Position numbers and translations under genes: made by a program. A stretch of 64,000 nucleotides of DNA, taken from NCBI GenBank assembly GCA_013265495.1, contig MU057947.1:1449070-1513069 (forward strand). Reading direction: 5' to 3'. Positions 38,685 to 49,043 of the stretch are shown here, piece by piece (position 1 is the stretch's first letter; each line of letters begins with the position of its first letter). Below the pieces are notes generated by a model. It made no database searches and was not told the origin of the DNA. It worked only from the letters and a program-made list of their open reading frames with translations. The stretch is from Vicugna vicugna (lineage: Eukaryota).

Positions 38685-39045
38685 AGCACAGATTTCAGGA
38701 CAGACAGACGCAACCCCAGCCACATCCCTTCTCTGTTCAGTCTGTGACTTGGGGCAAGTTATCCCATGTTCCCGGGGGTCAGGTTCCCACCTATTAAAAT
38801 GATGATAACCACGTGACAGTCCTCGCTGCTTGTTTTTGGTTTTTGCAGCACAGTCAGTTACAATGTGTCAGTTCCTGGTGCACAGCGCAGGGTCCTAGCC
38901 ATGCATGTACATACATGTATTCGTTTTCATGTTTTTTCATTAAAGGTTATTACAAGATATTGGTAGTTCCCTGTGCACTACAGAAGAAAGTTTTTTGGCT
39001 GAGTTAATAGGTGCAAAGCTGCTGGCACAGTGCACTCAGTCGGTT
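38685..39045 (+). mobile_element. MIR interrupted by an L1 tail
   Basis: tgtgacttggggcaagtta..tcaggttcccacctattaaaatgatgataa lies before the L1 insert, and gagttaataggtgcaaagc..tggcacagt after it. Confidence 0.6.
38832..38995 (-). mobile_element. L1 3' tail fragment inserted in MIR
   Basis: cagtcagttacaatgtgtcagttcctggtgcacagc..ttttcattaaaggttattacaagatatt..gttccctgtgcactacagaagaaa. Confidence 0.88.
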
Positions 39046-39574
39046 CTGAATGAAAGTCAGCTCCATCCCCCACCCTTGCAAGTAAACCCGTATCCAGGGA
39101 GGCGCTGAGCTCTGAGGACACAGCCCTGCAGGCACCCCTGCGGCCCAGCCTCCAGCCCAGGGCCGTGCCTCGGAGAGTGTGCAGCTGTGCATTTTAAGGA
39201 GGGTGGACTTTTCCGGTTTTATTTTCAGGACAGCGGTGCCCTGGGGTCTGCTTGTGAAGTCCAGGAACCGGCCTGTCATGTCACAGCCTGGGGTCTGCCT
39301 CTGCAGTCTGTCCTTGACTCCTTAATCCTCCCTGGATCCCAGGGGTCTCTGCTCGCTCAGCGCCCACGGAGCTGCTCACTACCTATTATTTCAGGAAAGG
39401 CGTTTTCCTGAAAATCCTAGCCTAAGAAATGCGGCCAGCACCCTGCAATCGCCGTATCAGCTTTTTGTTGTTTTTCTTTAGTGTTAGGTCTTTTAGTTTT
39501 GTTTTTTCCCCCAATCTGATGGATGAAAAGAATGCTATTCTAGCGGGTTTATGTTGCATCTCTTGTCTTATCTC

Positions 39575-40160
39575 TTGTTTGGTTAGGTTTATTGAGGTGC
39601 ACTTTACACACAGTAAAATTCACTCTGGTGCACAGTCCTGTGAGGATTTACAAACGCGTAGTCATAGCCACCTCCACAGTCAGAGCGGATTCGCCTCCCC
39701 CGCCCAGTCCCTCCCGCTTTTCGCCTGCAGTCAGCTGTCTCTCTCCGCCGTGAGCCCGGAAGCTAGCGGTTTCTTTCCTGGGCCTGTATTTCCCCTTGTC
39801 CAGAATGTCACATAAACGGAGCCATACAGTCTGCAACCTTGATTCTGGCTTCTTTCACTCAGCAAATGTGTCTGAGGGTCATCTTTGTTGTTGTATGAAT
39901 CAAAAGTTCTTTCCTTTTTGTCAGTGGGTTGATTTTCATTGCAGGGACGAGTCCCAGCGGGTTTACCCGTTCCTCTGCTGAAGGGCATTTGGGCTGTGTC
40001 CTTTTCTGGTAGCTTGTGAATACAGCCGCTGCAAATATTCGTATACGAAGTTGGCGTGATGGTGTATTTTCATTTCTCTTGGCTAAATCCTCTGCAAGTG
40101 GGATTTCTGGGTCACATGACAAGGGTATGGTTAACTTTATAGGAAGCTGCTGCCAACTTC
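39575..40160 (-). mobile_element. Old L1 (L1MB/MC-like) 3' end
   Basis: tttattgaggtg..acagtaaaattcac..cagaatgtcacataaacgga..ctggcttctttcactcagca..gggcatttgggctgt..gggatttctgggtcacatg..ttaactttataggaagctgc. Confidence 0.85.
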
Positions 40161-40534
40161 ATTTTTAGACCATATTTATGCCAACTTTTAAATTAGACAC
40201 AGATTTCTATGTAAGCAAGAAGCTGATTTATCCCCACAGAATCAACAGACTTTAATAAAGACAGGATTGTCATTCGAGTTCGGCCCCGAAGCTGTGTTTT
40301 GGCTCCTCTCTCTCCCGTCAGCCCTGAGACGCACCCTTGCCTCCCATCCACTCCTTTCTAGTCCCCTGGGTGCCACCCAAGCTCAGTCCCCTCCCCTGTA
40401 CCTGGTGGGCTGTGGTGAGTCCAGGAAGTTCAGACAGCCGAGCTTACAGAGGGTCTGTCTCCTCCACTGATCATCCAGGGTCTAGCTCAGGGTAGACCCT
40501 CAAATGTAATATTGAGTAAGTATCTCTCCTGGTT

Positions 40535-40810
40535 ATTTCTTTTCTAAAAAAAAGTTCATTGAAGTGCAGTTACAATGTGTCAGTTTCTGGTAGACAGCAC
40601 ACTGTCCCAGTCATCCATAGATTTATTCTTTTCATATTCTTTTTCATTAAAGGTTCTCACAAGCCATGGACTGCAGCTCCCTGTGTTACACAGAAGAAAT
40701 CTTTTTTCCTATTTGTATACATAGTGGTTAACATTTGTAAATCTCAGACTCCCAAATTTACCCCATCCCGTCTCCGTCCCCCGCTAACCATCAGATTATT
40801 TACTATGTCT
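40535..40810 (-). mobile_element. L1 3' tail fragment
   Basis: ttgaagtgcagttacaatgtgtcagtttctgg..ttttcattaaagg..tacacagaagaaat..aatctcagactcccaaattta. Confidence 0.88.
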
Positions 40811-41928
40811 GCGTGGTTTACTCTCAACCCCCTAGTTCCCAGGGAGGCACGAGATACGCACTTGTGCTCAAACCATGGCTGCCACATGAATGAATGAGCT
40901 GATTAATTACAAGCTGCATGAACATGGCAGCTGGACGTCGGCAGGGGTGACAGAGGGACTTCAGGTTCCACGCTGAGAATGGCTGGAAATGACCACAACT
41001 TAGACGGATTGGTTAGTGATATCGATACTAGACGTCAGGACCCCCTCGGAAGGAGGCATTTCAGAAACGCTGAGCATCAGGCTGGGCGCTCTGGGTGCCC
41101 TGAGCAGTGGGGACTGCGCTGTGGTCAGGGAGGCGGGGCTTGGAGGCCACACTGACACCTGGGCTGTCGCTCGTCTTTGAACCTTCTTGAACGTTTCTTC
41201 CCTCCCTGAGATGACCGGAGGCCTGTGCAGCCACGGGGTTAAGGAGCTTTCCTAAAACTGAGTCTGTCTTTAGCTCCCAGCCCTGGGGCCTTGGGATGCT
41301 GACCCAAAGAGAAGTCCTGGCAAAATGCGACCACGGTGCTACCTTTCGGTCTGTAAAGGGAGGGGTTCTAGCGGGAAAACATCCAGCCAGCAGCATCAGT
41401 GCTGGAGGGGAGCCCACATGGGCGAGAGGGCAGGGGACGCCACCCGGGCCTGAGCGAGCGGCGAGCTGCCTGCAGGCGAGCGAGGCCGAGGAGCAGCCCC
41501 GCGCCGTCCGCAGGCCGCTGTGGAGCCGGGCCCTGTGCTCCGCAGGGATCCCCCAGCCCAGGGGGCTTCCTCTCACCCCTCCCTTGAGTACCTTGAACCA
41601 GGAGCCTCAGGAGCGGGGCGGTCCCTGCACTGCCACCATCCCCGCGGCTACTTTTAGAGACCTGAAAAAAGGAAGTAAATCCATCAGAAACTTTCTTGAT
41701 CCTCTTCCCCAGTCAGGCCATGAACCGAGGAGACACAGTCGATGTGATTTATGGTCCAGAGCGAACATGGGCCCGAATGCTTGCTCTGTAGAAAGGGCTT
41801 TTTTGATCAATTACAGCATTCCTGCAGCACCATAAAAATACTGTATCTCTCAACCATCGAGACGTTTCATCAAAATGTCATGATTCATTTCATTTTTCTT
41901 ACATGTAAAAGCCCTTCCTTTGCCTTCC

Positions 41929-41931
<3 letters not shown>

Positions 41932-41978
<47 letters not shown>
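41932..41978. repeat. Uninterrupted poly(T), 47 nt
   Basis: Direct count of the T run. It is followed immediately by AG. Confidence 0.97.
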
Positions 41979-41980
<2 letters not shown>

Positions 41981-44475
41981 GCTCAGGCTCAGGGAAACGC
42001 TCTTTGAATCCAGCCTTCGTCTTTCACGTCCCGGTGGAGTGAACCCTCCCCAGGCCTGTGGGGGGCGCCACACTTACTTCATCCCACCTAAAGCACGGAG
42101 AAGGGTTTGTATGTATGTGTCCTTCACCCGGCCCTTTGCCCTGTCTGACCACTCCAGCTCCCCATGTGGCCACCTGGAGGCTCTCAACAAATGACTCCCG
42201 AAAGGATGGAAAGGTCAGCGACCAGATGAGTAAATAAATAAGATGTCCTTGACCAGAGACAGAGGGCCCTCGCTTAAGGAGGACCTGAAAACAACAGGGA
42301 CTTCCCTAAAGAGCGAGAGAGAGGAGGTGAGTCCTCTGGGGATGCAGAGCAGAGCAGGCACTGGGCAGCAAGCCCTTGGAAGGGAGGGTTGAAAACCATC
42401 ACAAGGAACAGGAGAGGCCCCTCCCTGGTCTACTGAATCGAGGGGAGGTTTCTCAACCTGGGTGATCATAACAGAGGCCATCTAAAAGCAGCGTGTTCCA
42501 GTGGGAGAAAGATTCCAGTGGCACAGAAGATTCTTCCGGGTGCCTACTGCCCCCAGCACTCACAAAGAAGTCACCATCCTCCGTAAGGAGATTCTCAGCC
42601 GTCCCCCTGAACAACGTGAAGGGCACAGTAAGTCAACCCCGAGGGCAGCCACCCCCTCCTGCCATTTTCGTAAAGAAGGAAAAAATGCAGTTTAGCTTCT
42701 GGATCACCCTTCATTCTTTGCCTTTTAATTTTAGATAGATGTGTTTCTTAGCCACTAACCTGGTTGTAAAGGATTGGAAACTGGGGGAGTAATATGGATG
42801 CTATCATACCTGAAAGTCGGGACAAAGTCGGCCAAGTTCTTGGGAAAAAATTTCCTCGGCAACTCCATTGTCAGTAAGTGAACTCTGCCTTTGGCAAAGT
42901 TAATATTACAGAGACCTGTTTCCTGGTTCCAGGTAGCAGTTCTCTGAGAAAGTCGACACTCAAGACAGAATGTGGACGCGAGTGAAGCCCGTGGGGGAGT
43001 TGGCCTGTTCTGTGTGGTCCATGTACAGGGGACCATCAAGGGCACATCCCACTGCCCCCCACCCCCTTCGCATTCAGATGGGGAACACAGCAAGGTGCCC
43101 TGAGTTAAGGGTCACCCCATCCTGGATGTGAGCATCAGCCAGAACTCATCTCGTGCCCCAGCAAACAGCACGGTGGCGGCGAAGTGCAGAGGCACCCAGG
43201 CCACTTTGATGAGTGTGACTGTCGCCGTTACTCCGAGTTTGGGCGGGTCCTGCGAGGAAAGGCGGTTACTCCGCGACGCTTGGCTGACCCAAGTTCCTCC
43301 TTTACCTGAGAATGACTCTTCCCACCCAGTGTGCAGGTTTGGAGGAGGTTTATCCAGAGGAGAGAGATGCTTGGGGTGCATTTCCAGCCTGGGAGGGCCG
43401 GGGGGCCAGCGGTGGGACGTGCCCACCACACACTTGGAGGGGCAGTTGGGTGGGGAGACACACAAATGTGGGAAACCTGTCTCGGGTGAACTGTGAGTGC
43501 CCTGAGATGGAGACGCAGGGCGTCGGCGGGGAGAGAGAGGGAGAAAGATGCGGGGAGGGAGGGAGGATCCTCTGAAGGGCTGAGTGAGGAGGGTCTGTAG
43601 GTTCTGCTCCCCAAAACCTCCATCAGGCAGGCGAACGAACCATTCTCTTTCACACGAAGACTTCAAATCGTCACTGTCTCCGTGAATCCTGACCCAGTGG
43701 GTTTTCTCTGATACTTTCGACAAAGTCGCCTGCCTCTGGCGTCCTCACTGTAGCTGCAGGCTCACTGGACCAGCCTGGCAGGGCCTCCTTGGTGCGTCTG
43801 AGGCCGCCCTCCCTGCCTTGCAAATCCAGCACCTGGCAGCTCACCTGTCGGGGATGCAGGAGTCCTCTGAATCACCCTCCTGCCCGCCCAGGTGGACCAC
43901 ACCCCCCCCCCCCGGCTGCGCAGTTCACTCCTGGGTCGGATGTGAGAGCCAGGAACAGGTGACACTTCTTAGATTATTTCTGGCTGTTGGATTATTTGTC
44001 AGCCGTGCGAGGTGGCATGGACTGGAGCGTTTGCAGCTTGCTCAGGCAGAGCTGGTCTCCCGGCACTTGTCGTGAGCAGCTCCGTCCCCCGTACCCAGTC
44101 CTGCCACGGCCGTCTCCCTGGAGACCGTCCTAGGAAGCTGTCCTCAGGAACCAGGCTGGACCCTCCTGCAAAGCCAGCCCTGGGGCTGGATGTCTGACAC
44201 TCGCAGAGGAGCAATGCTCAGCAGTTTATCAGAAGGAAATTACATGCCTCTTAATAAAAACATCAAAGTGGTTTTTTTGCTGCTTCTGGATTGAAAAATG
44301 ATGTTTGTCATCGAGTGTCCTCAGTGGGCCAGCCATGGAAACGTAAGGACGGGTGACTCCAGATGCAGAGGTGGCACAGTGGGGCTGGACAGGAGTTGTC
44401 TAATGCAGCCATAACGTTTTCTCAAGCATGAGGCACAGTGATTCGTTCCTGAAGTTTAATAAATGATACCAGAGG

Positions 44476-44695
44476 TTTTTTAAATTTATTTTTTATTGAA
44501 GGATAGTCAGTTACAGTGTGTCAATCTCTGGTGTACAGCATCATGTCGCAGTCATACATAAAAATACATGTATTTGTTTTCATTTCTTTTTCCTAAAAGG
44601 TCATTACCAGATATTGAATATAGTTCCCTGTGCTATACAGAAGAAATTAGTTTTTTATCTTTTTTTATATATAGTAGTTAATATTTGCCAATCTT
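44476..44695 (-). mobile_element. L1 3' tail fragment
   Basis: tttattgaaggatagtcagttacagtgtgtcaatctctggtgtacagc..atattgaatatagttccctgtgctatacagaagaaa. Confidence 0.9.
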
Positions 44696-47672
44696 GGCAA
44701 AGGAGATGCGGGAGTTCTGAATAATGTTTTGGTAGCTAACCATGAAGTGTCCGCTGCTCTGGCCCCGGTGGTGGGCTGGACTTGGTGGCGTGGGTCGGGG
44801 GCAGTTAGGCAGGCTGGTGGTGGCTGAGTTCACCGACCAGATGACCCGTGCACAAAGCGCAGTTTTAGGGTGAATCGGTTCATGGACCTGGAAGAGGATT
44901 CTTCTGTTTCAAGAGTTGATGGCCACAGAGAGAGGCTGGGAGGTCAGGGAGAAGGCAGGTGGCCCTCACCGCCGGGAGAAGGGCGGAAGTTGGCCTGAGT
45001 GAGCTGCTTACGGTCTGCAAAGCGTGCACCACTTGGAGCTCCTCAGTGGCCCATGAGAGGTAGGAAGGACTCTTGGTACACACTGTACATGGTGGGTATG
45101 AACGCCGAGGCCCTGGGAGGTACCTGACTGACCCGCCAGCACGCAGCTAGTAGACACCGGAGCACAGGGCTCTGTCTTCGAAGCCCAGGGCATCTTCCAC
45201 GCTCTGAAGAGGGGACTGTGGAAAGGAAAGGACCCCGATGGGCCCTCATAGATGGAACAAGATGGAGCAGGGCGGTGGGATCGCACAGGGCTGTGGGCCA
45301 CGGGAGGGAAATGGGGCCGCCGCCCGAGAGCCCTCAGATCCCACCCGAAGCCGCGAGCGTGCAGCCAGCCAGCTCCCTGCTGGAGGCTGGACGGGACACG
45401 GGCACAGCTGACTTGTCGCTTTGCAGTACGACTCTACATACAGAAGAGGTGTATTTTCAGTGGGTGACCCGTAAGGCAGGTCTTCCAGGCATGGAAGTAA
45501 CGCTTCCACCGTCGCTACAATGTAATTTTACTCACGTTGCGTTCACGGCTCCCCGGCATCTCTGTGGCGGTGCTTTTATGCGTTTGCGTCTGTCTTCACA
45601 GCTCTGTGTGCCGAGCTGCTTTGAAGGTGGAAAGTATCCTATCAGATCTGAGTTTTGTTACTTTTTCCCTTTAGGAAAAGAAACCCTAAGGTGCTCCCCG
45701 GACAGCCAGAAGCCGGAGGGGCCCTCAGAGAGGGGGCCCCGTGCAGCGTCGGGGGCCCCACCGGTCAGGAGAGAGGAGGAGGGGCAGCCGTACGCACATC
45801 GGCGTGCTGGGACGGCTCTCGGCCTGAGGTCCGGACGCCCGCCGGGGACCCCCCGTGGCCACCTTGCCCTTCACCCTTTTGCTCTTCGGGTACTTTTGAC
45901 CTCAAGACTCACAGGCCGTCAGCCGTCAGTGTCCTCGCTGTACGACGCGTATTTCTCTAAACACGAACGCTCTGGCGAGGTGCCCCCACAGGGCCGGGAG
46001 CCCAGCCAGGGAAGACCTAGCCCTCAGTTACAACGGTCACAGCGCGGGCCGCCTGCAGTGAAGGTCCGGGGACACCAACGCCAGAGACCGTGACAGTGTG
46101 GACACGTGTGTGACCCCACGGCTCTCGCTGGGCTCTGTGCGGTGGGGAACCAGCTCTCACGTGTGTAGAGGCTGCGGTAGCTGTTGTCTGGCTCCCCAGA
46201 CACCGCCTTGCGATGTCAATTATTTAGGCCGTGAGAACATTCTGGCACAAGCACCGACACACAGCAGGTCTGATAAAGCCCAGAGCGGCCGGGGTGGAAG
46301 TGGTTCTGATTCAGCCATTGGATTTTCTAAAAGCGAAGGCACAGTGGTGCATCTAACACAGTGATGTTAGCTACGTGGGCATTGAATAGCTTTTTAATAA
46401 CTAATAAGCATGTTAACTGTTTGTAGGGACCAGTGATGGGCTGGCTTTGCTGACAGATGCGGAGGAGGGCCCCTTAGACAAGCCCGGGTGGCTGTGCGGT
46501 GGGTGGGCTTGGAGAGGATGAGGCCGGAGACAGGCGGGGCAGCTGGGACGGGGAGGACGCGGGAGAAGGCGGTGGGTTCAGCCCCAGTGCTGACATGCAC
46601 GCCGTGGGATTACGGTGCTGGAGGGAACCTGCTGGGTTTATGGCTGGAACTCCTGCTGGTCCAAGAGGTTTATTGGGGTTTGGAGAGCCTGGCGGGGGTG
46701 GGGGGAGAAGTGAGAGATGCTCCCAGCTACCCTTGGGAGTGCCTGCAGGTTGCAGAGGGGAGAGAGGGGCCAGGAAGGGGCTGGTCAGAGAAGGCGTGGA
46801 CGATGCAGGAGCCGCAGGGGAGAGAACAGGACCCCGAAAGTTGTGTGTGAGGGAGGAGTTGGGTGGCTCCACCCAGATGGCGGCGCACTCACTGGGACAG
46901 ACCCTGCTGACTTGGGACAGGAGGAGACGCTGCCGTCAGGGACCAGGGACCTCTCTGAGCTGACCTGGTCTGTGAGCTGAGCAGTAATTGCTGCATGAGC
47001 CCTTACCCCAGGGGGCTGACCTGGCCATGTGGCTCTAATTTTAAGTACTTCCTTTGTGCTGTGGTGACACCAGCGGAGGCCACAGGGCTGTCACCCACGG
47101 TGCCACCTCTTCTCCCTGAGAACAGAGCACGGCTGGCCCTCTTCCAGCCCCGGTGCCTGCAGGACTGGTCTCACCAGTGGAGGGCGCCTGGAAGGGCGGC
47201 TGTCTGTCTGTGCTGGGTGCTGCAGCCCAGGGACACGCGGTGTACTTCTCTGTCCTCGGCTGCTGGTGGGGCTCACAGGCTGAGGTGGGGGACCCTCGAG
47301 GGGTGGCAAGGCCACTGGAGGGCCCCTGAATGACCACACAGCTCAGAGCCTCGCTGTGACACTGTAGACTGGGATCCGAGCAGGAAATAAAGGCGCCTGG
47401 TGCTGCTAAGCTGCTCGTGCCTGGGAGACGCTTACTGCCGCACTCAGCCCATCTGGCTGGTGCACAGACGCATGGACGTGCACTGCACGCAGCTGCCGGG
47501 TGAAGCCGCAGCTCCTGAACAGAAGTGCCCCCACGCTGGGGACTTCCACTCTTCTTCAGTTCCCAGGTCACCTGCAGACACAGACACTGGGGCTCGCATC
47601 ACGTGCAGCGTCCAGCACGAAGGATGGGGTCTTTGACCTGTCAGAGGTGGGGGTCACAGGCTGAGACGGAGG

Positions 47673-48042
47673 TGAGAGAGAAGGGGGTCAGGCACCAATC
47701 AGAGACAGAGAAGACAGATGTCATTCAGCACTATTGTGACGGGGGGGAGAGCTCAAGGCATGTGCTGCAAAGACAGCCGGGACTGGGGGCCCGGGACTGG
47801 GCGGGGGCAGCATATGGAAAAACACCAAGAGGAGCCATCAAAGGGGGGATTCTTGCTAAACCAACTCACCGGGACTCTTGCTCAAAGCAGGCCCGGGGCT
47901 CAGAGATTCTCACTAAGCTGACATTTCGGGGTCTTGCTAAGACTGGATGATGCAGGCTGAGGACAGCTGGGGTCCAGGGACTAGGATCTGTTGAAAGGGG
48001 GCTCAGAGCAGCCTGTCTAGAGTCTCAAGGAGAGTCTCGCCA
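47673..48042 (-). mobile_element. MER31-like ERV1 solo LTR
   Basis: Reverse complement begins tggcgagactctccttgag..caggctgctctgagccc and has repeated (tt)agcaaga(atcc) units, as recalled for MER31. Confidence 0.7.
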
Positions 48043-48509
48043 TGAGGAGCCCCGGTGGAGGCAGTCCCCACGGGGCAGAATTCTCGGCCGGGTGCCGCCG
48101 GCGGAGGGCTGGCTTCAGCAGTAGTCACAGCCTCTGACGGAGAAGGTCCGGCCCGCGGACAAGTGCGCACAAGCGAGAGGGACCATGTGTGCTCTGCGGA
48201 GCGCGGGGCCTCCGGGGAGCACAGCTGCTCGTGGCCCCACGTCATCTGTGACGCGACTGAAAGACGAAAGTGGTCTTCTCTGTCTACGTAGCTTCAGTGT
48301 GTTGACGTTAACTATAAAAACAAATTCCTTCCACAGGCCACACAAGCAGGTGGGGCGCAAGCATTTAGGAATGTAAAGCAGTCACCTAGCGTGTGATGAC
48401 GCAGACGAGCGCCGCGCCCAGCCTGGCCGCGGGAGGCAGCCACGGACGCCTCCCCGTGCCCCCCGCCTTCCCGTGGAGGCGCAGGACCTGGAACCCGCCT
48501 CGCCTCGCC

Positions 48510-48665
48510 TTGATCTGGTTCCCCGCCCACCCGGGGGGCTTGGTGCGTTGCTGTCCCTCCCCCGAGCGTCTGGGTCAGTCCATCTGGGCCAGGGCCCTAG
48601 AATTTGCTTTTCTGACAAGTTCCCGGGTGAGGCTGCCGAGCCGGGATTACACTTTGAGAACCACC
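48510..48665. mobile_element. MER5A-like hAT-Charlie MITE
   Basis: tctgggccagggccctagaatttgcttttctgacaagttcccgggtgaggctg..cactttgagaaccac. Confidence 0.85.
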
Positions 48666-48893
48666 CACTCAGGCCGTCCAGCTCCCTTCTCCTAATCTGG
48701 CCAAAGGATGCAGAACAAACTAAACATCCTGGGTCGAGTAGCCTGCGGTGGGACGGCTGAGGCCACACACGAGATTCCTCCTTTTCCTGGTCTGCGCAGC
48801 TTTCCTCCTCTGCTTGCATCCAAGGAGACGGCGGCGGGTGAGACTAACAGTGCAAAATAACGCAATCAGGATATTTTAATAGATTATCTAAAG

Positions 48894-49043
48894 CAGTGTT
48901 TCTTTGCCCTTGAATATCTGATGGAAGCTCAGAAGTGCCGCCCCCACCAGCTAGAAATAACACAGACACACACACAGAGACTGAGCTCTGCATTTACTTC
49001 CAGGGGTTCATGAATTTCCTGGACCCCCTGGGCAAAAACACTA
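48894..49043. mobile_element. Possible ~150-bp hAT-type MITE
   Basis: Terminal inverted repeats cagtgtttctttgccc ... gggcaaaaacacta. No convincing 8-bp TSD. Confidence 0.5.

Noticed and set aside
41932..42735. Processed pseudogene on the minus strand ending at the poly(T)
   Set aside because: No polyadenylation signal next to the tail, only a loose flank similarity (41911-41935 vs 42706-42731) that is inconsistent with such a young tail, and no recognisable coding content.
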